IMG/VR virus record: IMGVR_UViG_3300026488_000015
Location: 82,526 to 146,525 of that record
Direction: 5' to 3' (one strand)
Length of the DNA stretch: 64,000 nt
Source of the DNA: a virus
Shown here piece by piece: positions 21,602 to 33,025 of this stretch (position 1 is its first letter; the number at the start of each line of letters is the position of its first letter). A program made the translations under genes and the position numbers. The notes under the pieces were generated by a model. The model saw only the letters and a program-made list of their open reading frames with translations, was not told the origin of the DNA and did not search any database.

Positions 21602-22633
21602 TTATAGCCCTACCATTTTTTCGATTTCAAGTCTGATTCTCTCTAGTGAAAGAATAGTTTCAGAAAGTTCCTCTACGCTCATTGTAACAGTTGGTGCTCT
21701 TTTGACCATTTTGTTGTCGTTTCTTTGAAATTCAAGTGCAGTTTCAACTGCTTCAGATACACCAGGTAGTGTAAGTACAAGTTGTAGTTCTGTGATTCTC
21801 TTTGAATCGTTTTGTACTCTCTCACGAACAGCTTGAAGTGATTTCTTATCTGCTGTGAATCCTCTACCAACGAATCTCATAAATCTAAATGCTCTAAGAG
21901 GGTCTTCTTCAAGACGGTCTTTTGGTTTACCAACAAATCTAAGTGTTTTTGTCTTGATGTCATCTATGAAACATTCAGTAGGGTCGATAATCAGTTCAGA
22001 TGTAAGATTAAAGAAACCAGCACCGATAGTGAAATCTCTACGATTACCATCTTCTTCAATAGTACCTGCTTCTCCACCCGCATTATCCTTATCTTTCCTA
22101 AAATTAGCAATCTCGAAATCTTGGTTGTTCTTAGAAGCAATAAGTACAAGAAATTGTTTACCTACATTGTTTACTTTAAACCCATTTTCTTTGAAAGTTT
22201 TTTCTAGTGTATCCATATCTGTGTCCGTACAAAAATCAAAATCGTTTGGTACTTTATTGATAAGAAAATCTCTTACAGCACCACCAACAAGACAAGCTTC
22301 AGTAGAAAGACCTTTAAGAATCTCTGCTACTTCTTCTGCTTGAGCAAAATGACCATTAAATTCTTCTGAAATAACAGCACTCATACCGATATTTTCATCA
22401 ACCATTTCGCACATTGTATCTGATAGAGGTGTAAATGTATCTGGAAAATCACCAAACATAAACTCTGAAATATCGTGTAGAATATAAAACATTTGTGTAT
22501 CATAATCATCAGCAAGTGATAGATTTACTTCAACTTCCCATTTCTCAGGAGGGTTTGATAGTTTAATCAAATCTGTATCTTGGAAGTTTCTAAAGAACAT
22601 TTCGTTGAATTTCTTTGTTAGTTTGTTTCTCAT
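21602..22633 (-). CDS. tRNA nucleotidyltransferase/poly(A) polymerase family (class II head domain)
   Basis: LVGGAVRD, DFDFCT, RRDFTI, EDPLRAFR. Confidence 0.88.
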   Translation of the reverse strand: MRNKLTKKFNEMFFRNFQDTDLIKLSNPPEKWEVEVNLSLADDYDTQMFYILHDISEFMFGDFPDTFTPLSDTMCEMVDENIGMSAVISEEFNGHFAQAEEVAEILKGLSTEACLVGGAVRDFLINKVPNDFDFCTDTDMDTLEKTFKENGFKVNNVGKQFLVLIASKNNQDFEIANFRKDKDNAGGEAGTIEEDGNRRDFTIGAGFFNLTSELIIDPTECFIDDIKTKTLRFVGKPKDRLEEDPLRAFRFMRFVGRGFTADKKSLQAVRERVQNDSKRITELQLVLTLPGVSEAVETALEFQRNDNKMVKRAPTVTMSVEELSETILSLERIRLEIEKMVGL

Positions 22634-22694
22634 CTTATCTTTCCTTCTTTCTCTTTATATGTAATATTATAACATAAGAGACCTTAAAACCTTC

Positions 22695-23288
22695 TTATGA
22701 ACTATAACTATCTGGCCAACCACCATTAGAAACAGACTTAGTAGAACCTGGTGATAATGTGATATATCCAGGCATCTTAGTTTTAAGTAAAATACCTTCT
22801 TCGTTCCCTTCTTTAAAAAGAGCAGTACAAGCTTTTACATTTTTTACAAGAGCAGGAGAATTAATATCTATAAGTTTTTTGATGTTATTAGAGATTTCAT
22901 ACGAACCACTACCTGCTTTTTTAGGTGTAACTACTATTGAGATATATTCTATCCAAGTAGTTGTTTTCTTTCCAGCATAAACTGAACCATAAACATCATA
23001 AGTAATAAACATTGTAACGCCATTTTCAATTATTTCTAATTTAGCTGTACCATATCTGTTATTAACAAACTCTCCACTTGTATGATATTGCATATTATCT
23101 TTAGTTTCAATGCTAACCAGTTTTGGTTCATATCCTGCTTTCTTTAGTGTTTCAAATACTTTAGATTTTTTATATACTGTCTTTATTTTCTTTTCAACTG
23201 CATCCATAGTCGGGAGCATACTATGTTGCTCACCTGATGGGTTTACCTCTGTTGTAGCTTCATTCACAAATTTACTAAATTTTACCAT
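22695..23288 (-). CDS. Putative internal head protein (CTS-like)
   Basis: Starts MVKFSKFVNEA; has its own late promoter. Confidence 0.65.
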   Translation of the reverse strand: MVKFSKFVNEATTEVNPSGEQHSMLPTMDAVEKKIKTVYKKSKVFETLKKAGYEPKLVSIETKDNMQYHTSGEFVNNRYGTAKLEIIENGVTMFITYDVYGSVYAGKKTTTWIEYISIVVTPKKAGSGSYEISNNIKKLIDINSPALVKNVKACTALFKEGNEEGILLKTKMPGYITLSPGSTKSVSNGGWPDSYSS

Positions 23289-23307
23289 ATTGTACCTCTT
23301 TTATTGT

Positions 23308-23315
23308 TATTTATA
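23308..23315 (-). promoter_or_regulatory. T4-type late promoter TATAAATA
   Basis: Exact match about 20 nt upstream of 23288. Confidence 0.75.
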
Positions 23316-23793
23316 TTTCAATCTTAGGTTTTTTGTTTAGTGTAAGTTCCCATAAAGAAAGTGAATGAGAATAATCTTCAATATGCTGTAAAGAAGCATA
23401 TTCTTCAACACATTCTTCAGATAAGATAAGTTCTTCGGAACTCATAAATAGCACTAATTTTTTTGGAAATTGCTCAAAGTTCTGCACTGATTTTAATACT
23501 TTTTTGTAATCTTTAATGAACTCAAAAATATCATCTTCTATACTTAACTCTGTAGCTGTATAAAAAGTAAAATCTTCATCTAAAGCATCTTCAAAAGTGG
23601 TATCACCTGAATCTGTTTGAAACGATTTGTCTTCTAAATCTACGAAACGAAAATGCTCATTACAATAAAAAACTACTTCATCTATCATATCCGATTTGTT
23701 TGTTAATAACTCTATCATTTTTTGGCTTAACATATTATTTTCCTTATCTCTCTTTATATGTAATATTATAACATAAAGAACCTTTAGGCCTTC

Positions 23794-24030
23794 TTAAAGC
23801 ATATCTGCAGGATAATTCTCTTGAATATATCCCATCAGCTCTGGTGGAATATTGGTTGCTAATGAATTTTCGGTTGTTATTCCAACCAATATCATTTCGC
23901 CTTCGTATCTAGGATACATTTCTGATACTGCATCATTAAAATCTTTTTGCATAGCTGTTCTATGGTATTCATCTAATATTTGGTGGAGATATGTTTCTGC
24001 TATTTCTGTGAGTTTAACTGCTAAATCCAC
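23794..24030 (-). CDS. Hypothetical protein with C-terminal tag
   Basis: Ends ENYPADML. Confidence 0.6.
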   Translation of the reverse strand: MDLAVKLTEIAETYLHQILDEYHRTAMQKDFNDAVSEMYPRYEGEMILVGITTENSLATNIPPELMGYIQENYPADML

Positions 24031-24369
24031 CCTACTTCCTTCTGTAATCTGTGCATAATGATAAATTCTTCCATCGTGTCGAAATCTTTACACCACTTGA
24101 AAAAATTAGTAACGAAATAATGAAAATCGGAGACATCATAATAAGAATTCCCAAGGTCAATGATGTCTAAGCCGTCCAGCATCAAGATATAACCAGGGTA
24201 CTCATTCACTATTGTTTTGATAACTGGTATGTACACAGCATCGAATAGCATCATTCTGTCAATACCTGCTTTGTCTCCACTCATAACGAATTCTTTATAT
24301 TTCTTCAATGCTCTAGGAGAGTTCATAATGTTTTGTTCTTTTTGCGATAATGTGCCGTATATTTTCATT

Positions 24370-24660
24370 CTATCCCTTTATGAGGTAAATACCATTTTTA
24401 AATCCACCTAGCTTCTCTTCTTTGAGTCTTTTTGCTTCAAGTATATCATCTAACGAAAACCCTTGAATTAAAGCTAAATCTTCCATTACCTGGAGAACAT
24501 CACCGTACTCTAAAATATCTTTGCATTTAGCATCAATAAGCTCATCCATTTCTTCTTTTAGTTTTTTCACTAAGAACATCTTTCGTTGTTTCTCGCAATC
24601 ACTAATATGTAGCTCTTTAGGCTCGATTATGTCGATGTACTTATCTCTGATTATTTTCAT
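24370..24660 (-). CDS. MazG/PRA-PH-like NTP pyrophosphohydrolase
   Basis: KLKEEMDE...EYGDVLQV...K.EK.GGF. Confidence 0.75.
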   Translation of the reverse strand: MKIIRDKYIDIIEPKELHISDCEKQRKMFLVKKLKEEMDELIDAKCKDILEYGDVLQVMEDLALIQGFSLDDILEAKRLKEEKLGGFKNGIYLIKG

Positions 24661-25489
24661 AACTAATCCTTCAATCTTTTAAATGTTTCATAATCCATTC
24701 TGCTTCTATTTCGAAACCACCAAAAGTGAGGCCAAAAATAAAGAACCTCCCAAATACCTTTATCATTTTTCACTACTTGAATATCAATTATATCTTTATT
24801 TAATATTTCAGAAAGCATATCTTTGTATTCTTGAAGATTCTCTATCTCTCTTTGTATTTGAGCAGTCATCTAACACCACTCTGAAGCAATTGATTGTGCT
24901 TCTTCAAAAGTTTTAAGAACTACATTTGATTGTTCTTGTTGTTCATTATCATAGTTAAATTCAAGAACTCGACATTCATTAGAAGTTATCTCATAGACAA
25001 TTTCCCAAGATGGAGAACGAACTTCTATAAGTTGCACAAATGAAAGTTCTGATTTGTCATTCTTAGTAGTAAAACCTAAATCTAATAATTCTAGGTTGTT
25101 TTCTTCATAGTCTTTAAGTATTTTGTTTAAATCATTCATAGTCTTTCCTTCTTTCTTTATATGTAATATTATAACATAAAGAACCTTACATCTTCCTTAA
25201 TTCTTCATCTATCATCTTATAAATGCGAAGGAAATCGATATTGCACTCATTTTTTATTTTTGAAGCATTATCATCGCACTTAGCATTATACTCGCTAAGG
25301 ACATCCTGAACATCTTCTGTTAATAGTTTTGCTCTTAAATATTCTTGCGTAATTCTTAAATCTTTCTTCGAAACAATACCACTTTCAATAAGTGTATCTA
25401 TGAAAACTTTTAGGTTATTAGCAGTACGACCTGCTTTATATAACAATTCGTTATATTCTTGTGAGTCTTTTACATCCATTATTGTCACC

Positions 25490-25933
25490 TTAAAGCATTA
25501 AATCAGGTCGAGTATTCGTTACATATTCGTAAGCATCTTCTCTCAATGTTTTTGTATCAGAATCAAAATCAAAAAAGAACGAACCATCACCACCATAAAA
25601 TTGGATATGACCACTTAATAGCTCTTTACCTGATTCTTTGTACACATCATTCATAAACATAATATCTTTTTTTGAACCACTGAATACATTCGTATAACCA
25701 TAAACCTGAGGGAGAACTGAACGAAAACCTTGTACTTCATCGTGAAATTTATCTATAAATTCTCTTGCCATAATACTACTATTTAACCCGTTAGGTGTTA
25801 ATGTTGTTGAGTATTCTTTGGTGTTTAATTTCGTTTTAGCAGTAAATACTTTTTCTTCTCTCGTTACTATAGCAGATACTTTATATGTTTGTCTTAATAT
25901 CATTTCTATATTTACTTCAAAATCAGTTCTCAT
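25490..25933 (-). CDS. Hypothetical protein with C-terminal tag
   Basis: Ends NTRPDLML. Confidence 0.65.
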   Translation of the reverse strand: MRTDFEVNIEMILRQTYKVSAIVTREEKVFTAKTKLNTKEYSTTLTPNGLNSSIMAREFIDKFHDEVQGFRSVLPQVYGYTNVFSGSKKDIMFMNDVYKESGKELLSGHIQFYGGDGSFFFDFDSDTKTLREDAYEYVTNTRPDLML

Positions 25934-25942
25934 AATTTTTCC

Positions 25943-26218
25943 TTATAATATTAAATGTGGGTAATGTTCACCAATAAGCGTCATTATTTGTCTGTGAATG
26001 TAAAGAGATTTTGCTTGACTTCCTATTCGGGTATTGAATGTATCTGCTATAAGATATTCTTTAGCGAAATATTCAAAATCTCTCATAAATCTATCGTCCA
26101 TATACTCTTCTATACTAACTTTAATAAGTGTATCAGTACCATTAAAGAATACATTTTTAGTGTGGTGATTTGGGCTCACATTTATGAACTCAATAAGATT
26201 GTTATCAATCGTTATCAT
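25943..26218 (-). CDS. Hypothetical protein with PHxxL tag
   Basis: Ends EHYPHLIL. Confidence 0.65.
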   Translation of the reverse strand: MITIDNNLIEFINVSPNHHTKNVFFNGTDTLIKVSIEEYMDDRFMRDFEYFAKEYLIADTFNTRIGSQAKSLYIHRQIMTLIGEHYPHLIL

Positions 26219-28270
26219 TTTGCTCCTTTAAAATTTATCTGAAGCCATTATACCTGATACTAGACCAAATGTGATACCAAACATTATAGCACAAATACCG
26301 TACCCATTTAGTACCACACTTAACGCTACAGCACAACCTACAATAATACCAGTTTTAACTGGTTTTGGTATATTTTTAATTTTTCCCATTATCTAGTCCA
26401 ATTGGTAATCGACCACATCGCCAATACCATCATATATTTCATTCTCGTATGTCTCATCCCAAAAATCATTCCAAACCATTTTTATATATTCAATCATTTT
26501 ATTTCCTTTATATCTGAAATAGTGTAATCACAAGCACTAATTATTTCAAAAAGTTCCTCTGAATATGAGTTTAACGAATCAATTTCGTATGCTTGGTATT
26601 CATCCATCGTTTGCATATCTTCATCCCAATCAGCAGGGTCAAATTCTAAGGTTTCTGTGACCTCGAATGTTACTGTATATGATATTTTACGAGTTTCTGT
26701 TAAATCTTGTTCTGGTTCTTGATTTGCTTTTTCTAATGCATCTTCCATTAGGGCATTCATCATTTCTTTCTGTGAATCTTCTAATTCTTTCATTTTTTCG
26801 ATTGTAGGTATTTTTGGTAACTGAGGTTCAATCCAATCACAATCAGGACATTGCAGATAAAAATTAGGCTCGCTTACAGTAGGTGTTAATTTACTACCAC
26901 ATAAACAAGTGAGTTTATGCCCGAAAGAACTATTTTGAAAATAATTGTATTGTTTTTGTAAGTCATTGTTTGTCATCTGATTATCCTTTAATCCCAAGCA
27001 TCGATGTATTCGATAGCTTCTAAATCTCTATCGAGTATTTCAAAATGGTTACTAAAACGACCAATGAAGTACACGAAATATACAGTTTTTCCTTCGTAAC
27101 CTACATATCTAGGTCTTCCAGTCCTTAAGCTATAATTTTCATTCTCGTATCGAATTACATTATTCCAATGCTCAGGGTCTACATCTGTATGTGTAGTGAC
27201 ATAACCTTTAGAATCTGTACTCGTATATGTACTTGTACTTCTAGCTACATAAGTACAAGTAATAAGCTTACCTACTGCAGAATGTTCTTCTACACCAACT
27301 CTATCTGCAACAGCAAATATAAGACTGAATAATATAGCACCAAATACTACTATGAACATTTTGTGTATATTGCTTGTTCTCCATAATCCAACTAGAGTCT
27401 CTTTAATATCTACAAATAACTCTAATGTACCACTAAACACATTGTTTAAAAACTTATTCATCTTTCTATCCTTTGTCTCTTTATATGTAATATTATAACA
27501 TAAAGAACCTTAGAGCTTTATTAACAGCGTTCACCTGGTTGTAAATTATTGAAATACGACTGAATAGCTTCGGTTTGTTCTATTCTTTCACCTTCTGGCA
27601 AGTTCCCAAAAACATTAGAACCACCTTCGTGTATATGACTCAAAGCGTGTTGATGCTCAATCGAGCCCATACTCGGGTCTATATCATCACGAAAGGCTAA
27701 TCTAAGATGCCCTTTGATACGCTGTAAGTCTTTTGCTGATATTTCTTTTGGGTCATTTAATTCAAGAAAACCTTGAAGGAAGTAACAAAAATTTGTACTG
27801 GTCATATTAATCCTTTACTGTTTCACGGAGTTTAAGTAAATCCATTTCTTTCTTCCTGACTTCTTCTATGTTCTTATACAGTTTGATTTTCTCATCATTA
27901 TATACTTCTAATGCTTTATCAATTTGTTCTCTATTCATTTCGTTTCCTTTAAGTATCGTTTCTTCCATATTTCATAGTCTGGTATATTTCTATCTTCAGA
28001 CCACAACCGCCAGTGCAACATAATAAGTTCTTCTTCCACTTAACAGTTTACTGTTGGCATACCATAGAAACCATAATCTTCTTTGGTAGGGTGCACAGTT
28101 TTAGGTTCATCTTTCAAAGTACCATCTTCATTTACTATATGTTCAAAAACCATATTTAAGTGGTTCTTCAAAATCTGTGTTTGTTTCTCATTAAGTCCGT
28201 CTTCTGGTTCAATAAGCTCTAACGAACCCATCATCCAGAAACAAAAATCTCTAGTGGTCATATTTTTCCT

Positions 28271-28780
28271 TTATATGTTAGTTAAGAATTGTAAACATAC
28301 CATTCTAATTTTTAACATTACAATTTCTTGTTTCATTGTAATTTCTCTGTTTTGTGCTAATTGAATCATCATATCTAATGTGTTACGAACATATTTTTCT
28401 TTAGGTTCATCAGAAATGTTTGAGAGCCTATCACATAATTTTACTTCAAAAGCGCCATCAGTCATTTCAGACATTTCAGAAATAAGATAAGTGTTTTTAC
28501 CTAATCTTTTGGTTTCTTTTTCATCCGAAGTGAGTTCTTGTACCATATCAGCAATCGTTTCACCAAATTCTCTACTAATATCTGAATGAGATACATCGCA
28601 ATCTTCAATAGTATCGTGTAAAAATGCTACTGACATCAATACACCATCTGAACCGAAATGCTTCTCAACTCTTTTAGCAACATCCATCGGATGAACTATA
28701 TAAGGCAACTTTGAACCTCTTCTGATTTGACCTTCGTGTGCTTTCGTTGCAAATAATAATGCTCTTTCAATAAATCTCAT
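28271..28780 (-). CDS. Stand-alone HD-domain (p)ppGpp hydrolase-like protein (Mesh1/SpoT-type)
   Basis: AHEGQIRR..PYIVHP, LHDTIED, VKLCDRLSN. Confidence 0.88.
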   Translation of the reverse strand: MRFIERALLFATKAHEGQIRRGSKLPYIVHPMDVAKRVEKHFGSDGVLMSVAFLHDTIEDCDVSHSDISREFGETIADMVQELTSDEKETKRLGKNTYLISEMSEMTDGAFEVKLCDRLSNISDEPKEKYVRNTLDMMIQLAQNREITMKQEIVMLKIRMVCLQFLTNI

Positions 28781-28835
28781 AATTTCTTTCCTTCTTTATA
28801 TGTAATATTATAACATATCTTTACTTAAAGCTCTA

Positions 28836-29345
28836 TTAAAGAAGGTCTGCGTATTTACCTAGTTTTCGTTTTAGTTTTCTGTTATTGAATTCATCAAATG
28901 CTTCTAATAGGTTTTCATCGTAATCTAAGGCGTTCTTTTTGAGTTCTTTTTGTACTCGTTTGTCGCCGAACATTATTTGGACTGTTTTTCTGTATTCATC
29001 ATATTCTTTACCTTTTCTTGATGTCATTGACCAAGCCATTCTAAGCCCTCTACATCTACCGCTAATAGGGTTTACTCTCTTATCAGTTAATAAAAGTTTC
29101 ACTATTTCCGAATAACCATTACTAGCCGACATCTGAAGTGATTCATTACCATTATCCGATGGGTCTACTCTCTTATCTTTCATTAAAAGTTTTACTGTCC
29201 CAAGATAACCGTGCGTACTAGCTTCTCTGATTAACCAGTTAGCATTTTCAGTTGGGTCTGCTTTTAGTCCAAGTTGTTTTACTATATAAGATTCAAAATC
29301 TTTCTCGTTTCTTGTGTATTTGTAAGCATCTACGAAACTAGCCAT
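28836..29345 (-). CDS. Ankyrin-repeat protein with KLGKYADLL tail
   Basis: ASTHGYLGTVKLLM.D.RVDP and ASNGYSEIVKLLL.D.RVNP repeats. Confidence 0.8.
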   Translation of the reverse strand: MASFVDAYKYTRNEKDFESYIVKQLGLKADPTENANWLIREASTHGYLGTVKLLMKDKRVDPSDNGNESLQMSASNGYSEIVKLLLTDKRVNPISGRCRGLRMAWSMTSRKGKEYDEYRKTVQIMFGDKRVQKELKKNALDYDENLLEAFDEFNNRKLKRKLGKYADLL

Positions 29346-29668
29346 TAGTCATCTCCGAGTAAATCGGCATATTTACCAATCTTTTTGTTCTTGTATTTTC
29401 TTATTCTATTTCTGATTTCGGGAACTGCATCATCTAAGAACTTATCGATATTATCTGGTAATTTGATTTCATTATCGATGAACATCTGAACCATCTTAGT
29501 GTCTTTGTTCTTGATAGCCATACCAAAAGGTGAATCGTTGAAATTATTTGTTAATTCGACCCATTCAGGAACTTTAATCTTTAATATTTTCTTGGCTTTA
29601 TCGTAATCACTTGATAGCACAACATCGATTAATATCTGATTTAGTGCTTTCTCTTCTATTGTCCCCAT
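29345..29668 (-). CDS. Ankyrin-like protein with KIGKYADLL tail
   Basis: SPFGMAIKNKDTKMVQMFI; ends KIGKYADLLGDD. Confidence 0.65.
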   Translation of the reverse strand: MGTIEEKALNQILIDVVLSSDYDKAKKILKIKVPEWVELTNNFNDSPFGMAIKNKDTKMVQMFIDNEIKLPDNIDKFLDDAVPEIRNRIRKYKNKKIGKYADLLGDD

Positions 29669-30633
29669 TAGTCATCTCCTAGTAAGTCTGCATACTTACC
29701 TAATTTTTTATTATTCGATTTCTTTGCTATCAGTTTTATTGCTTTATCGTACCATTTCCACTTCGGTTTAGCTAGTAACATTTCAAGAACTCTATCATCT
29801 TTCATAAGTATTTTAGCTATCCCTGGTGTTACTGAATTCATATCATCAACGATACCACTTGGTACTTGAAATTTATCATCAGCTAATAATATTCTAACCA
29901 TTTCTAAATTCCCAGCCATTGCTGCAGTACCTAGAGCACCATAATCTAAATTAGAAATATTTACATCCACATCGTATAACCACTTAGCGATTTTCTCTCT
30001 TTTGTATTCGAGTGCATTAGCAAACCAATAATTTTCATCCTTGAATAAGCTATAACCACCTCTTATAGCAGTTGTCATTAATTTCAATAGTACATCATCA
30101 TCTTTCTCTGTTTTAAATTTCATAATGTACATTTCGCCCTCTTCATCTAAAATGATATAAGGATATTCCACTGATTCGACCACTATTCTATCCTGCTTTT
30201 GTCTCGATTTTGTGAAGTAAAATTCCGGGTCTTTCTCTCTACCTTGGATAAATGTGATGATGGTTATGTAACCATTTTCTTTGTTGATTATCATCATATC
30301 GTAACGAGCTTTAGAATTTTTGTAAACGATTATTGTTTTGTTGCCTGGTACAAGCTCACCAGAATCGAAAACTTTTTTAATCTTCTTTAGAATTAATTCA
30401 TCTTTGATACCGTGGTCACGAGCTTTCTTCTCACCGTCACGCTTTTGAGTGCTATGAGAAGATTTATAGACATCTATATTATCTACTGTCCCGACTTTTA
30501 AAGAGTCGCTAGGTCGTTTTGCTTTGATTTTTTGGGGAGTCGGGGTAGGTTGCTCAGTCTTATCAGATGCTTTCTTCTTTATTTTAAGTGCTTCTGTTAT
30601 TGAGTCGTTAAGTATTTTATTGAATGTTTGCAT
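29668..30633 (-). CDS. Multidomain late protein with C-terminal ankyrin-like repeats and KLGKYADLL tail
   Basis: MQTFNKIL...ITEA start, AAMAGNLEMVRILL, ends KLGKYADLLGDD. Confidence 0.65.
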   Translation of the reverse strand: MQTFNKILNDSITEALKIKKKASDKTEQPTPTPQKIKAKRPSDSLKVGTVDNIDVYKSSHSTQKRDGEKKARDHGIKDELILKKIKKVFDSGELVPGNKTIIVYKNSKARYDMMIINKENGYITIITFIQGREKDPEFYFTKSRQKQDRIVVESVEYPYIILDEEGEMYIMKFKTEKDDDVLLKLMTTAIRGGYSLFKDENYWFANALEYKREKIAKWLYDVDVNISNLDYGALGTAAMAGNLEMVRILLADDKFQVPSGIVDDMNSVTPGIAKILMKDDRVLEMLLAKPKWKWYDKAIKLIAKKSNNKKLGKYADLLGDD

Positions 30634-30654
30634 AAGTACTCTCGTGTTTGAGAG

Positions 30655-30662
30655 TATTTATA
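30655..30662 (-). promoter_or_regulatory. T4-type late promoter TATAAATA
   Basis: Exact match upstream of the ankyrin trio. Confidence 0.7.
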
Positions 30663-31485
30663 TTAAGCTTGTTTAATGTTATCGTTATCTAAATCATAGA
30701 GAGAGGCTCTTTCCCATTTCTCATCATAAATATAAATAGTGTTTAAACCATTCTCTATTTTCCATTCTAACATCGGTGCATCATCTGAATCTAGTGCTAA
30801 TGCTGTATAGGCTACTTTGTCTCCAGATTCTTTATCAGTGCAAACTGTGTAAACATCCAGTTCTTCTAATTCTACTGTACCAAATTCTAATTCTTGAAGT
30901 AAATCATTTACTTCCTGGGGTATGATGATATTCATAATAAATCCTTTGTTTCTTTATATGTAATATTATAACATAGTGTTTCTTAAACTCTACTTAACAT
31001 ATTTTAAATACTCTGCTCGTGTATCAAATGTTTTGCCTGATTTTGTCTGAATAAGAATATGATTATCTGAAGCATCGTAATACTTATCATCATTTGAATT
31101 ATATGTAGCATTTTTACCATATTGGGTGACTTCAGCATCCATCGCCATACATATTTTACATACATTATTCGACATTGCTACCCAAGCACTCGATACAACA
31201 AAGCAATCTTCATCTGATTTACCACATACCTCACAAGGTCTTCCTGTAGGTTCCATTATATCTCTCCTCTATATTTTAATTCATTAAATAATTCCAACCA
31301 AGGCGTGTACATAAATGCTTCTGGATTCTCTTTGATAAGGATTATCATTACAGAACCAATATCTTTATTATTTCTTAGAATAATTTTATTATCATCCATA
31401 TAACCATCGAGAATAGTATTTTCAACATTTACAGAACCAATAAATTCTCCAGTCTCTCTCGGTGGATACATTCTCTTAGTGCCAA

Positions 31486-32148
31486 TCATAATAAATCCCT
31501 TAATTTTTTCGGTCTGAAATTGATATGTTCTAAACAAACATTTACAGAATCTTTAAAAACACTTTTGTTGCTATGTGTATGTCCGTGAATATTCTTAGAA
31601 CAACCAAATGAATCATAATATTTTTCGAGTTTTTTAACTCTCGGAGTGATTCTCTCATTTTTTCTATCCCATTCATCATTATCGAATAATGGGTAGTGAG
31701 AGAACATAAATTGCTCATCGCCAAATTGCTTAACGATACCACTAAATAATGGGTCTTCAGGTACTAAGAAATGAAGCATATCGTTTGATTCGGAATCGGA
31801 GTAATCTAAAAGAAGTTCACCAGAGATAACACCTTCAAACATTTTGTATGTTTGAGAGCCTTTTCTATCGTGATTCCCCATAATAAGATATTTTCTACCA
31901 TTCATACGAGAGATTGCTTCAAGATTTTTAAATGCTACATCACCAACGATTAACACAATATCATCATTAGTAACAGTTTCATTATGAATATCGATAATCC
32001 ATTCCGTATGGTCTTCATAACCATCAATTCTCATAGCAGTCGCTCTCATTGGTTCAAATTGAGTGATATTTTTATGTCCGATATGATGGTCACTACATAC
32101 GAATGTGTCTAGCGTGAGCCAATCTAAATTTGTTACTTTTTTATTCAT
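31486..32148 (-). CDS. Calcineurin-like metallophosphoesterase
   Basis: SDHHIGH, VGDV, MGNHD, SHYP, IHGHTH. Confidence 0.9.
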   Translation of the reverse strand: MNKKVTNLDWLTLDTFVCSDHHIGHKNITQFEPMRATAMRIDGYEDHTEWIIDIHNETVTNDDIVLIVGDVAFKNLEAISRMNGRKYLIMGNHDRKGSQTYKMFEGVISGELLLDYSDSESNDMLHFLVPEDPLFSGIVKQFGDEQFMFSHYPLFDNDEWDRKNERITPRVKKLEKYYDSFGCSKNIHGHTHSNKSVFKDSVNVCLEHINFRPKKLRDLL

Positions 32149-32416
32149 CGTTAATCCTTCCCTATTTCTTCTAAGATTGCTGCACCAACAATAAAAATGC
32201 TGGATATTGCTACCATTGCATAATATGTTGTCTTATCAGCAAGTTTCTGCAACACATCTATTGTTTCAGTTCCATAATCAGTAAACGATAAATTTACTGC
32301 TAGGGCCATCCATATGATACCGACAATTAAAAATAATGTACTTCTTTTCATATTTCTTCCTTCTTCTCTTTATATGTAGTATTATAACATAAGCAACCTT
32401 AAAACCTTATTAAAGA

Positions 32417-32794
32417 TTAAAGGAACTCGGCAGGATTGTTTTCTATATAAGCATCGATACTTATTTTAGTGAGTTCTTTAAGAAACATTGGTTGAGCACC
32501 CAAAAGAAGAGCCTGCATTAGTTCTGCTTGTGTTGGTTCATCAAAAAATCGTATATTGTTAGGATTTTCAATGAGTGTGGATTCTCTCGTTTCAATAGAG
32601 TATTTTTCTCGGAATTCGCCGAATTTCTGAATTCTTTCTATATTTGTTCCTTGTACTTCTCGAAAATCTATGTCATCGACATTAGATATAGTATTAGTCA
32701 AGGATACACTATCAAAACTTAAATCGTTACTGTAAACGAGACTTGAGCTATCAATTACTAAGTCACCTTGAACTGTATTTGCTAAAGCAGCCAT
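32417..32794 (-). CDS. Hypothetical protein with C-terminal tag
   Basis: Ends ENNPAEFL. Confidence 0.6.
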   Translation of the reverse strand: MAALANTVQGDLVIDSSSLVYSNDLSFDSVSLTNTISNVDDIDFREVQGTNIERIQKFGEFREKYSIETRESTLIENPNNIRFFDEPTQAELMQALLLGAQPMFLKELTKISIDAYIENNPAEFL

Positions 32795-32991
32795 TATTTC
32801 AGTAACCTATGTACTTCAGAAAAATGAGAAATACTTATATTCAGATAAGCTTTCTTGGTTTCCATATCTTCTGTTTTCATAAATTTTTGCAGTAGTTTTT
32901 GTGCTTTTTGAAAATGTTCTTCAATCTCTTGTGTTTCTTTTACGGTCATAATAATCCTTTATGAAACATTATAACATAAATGTTCTTAACA

Positions 32992-32999
32992 TATAAATA
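32992..32999 (+). promoter_or_regulatory. T4-type late promoter TATAAATA
   Basis: Exact match upstream of the GAGG RBS of the tail fibre gene. Confidence 0.75.
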
Positions 33000-33025
33000 T
33001 AAGAAAACTCACTTAGAGGTATAAA

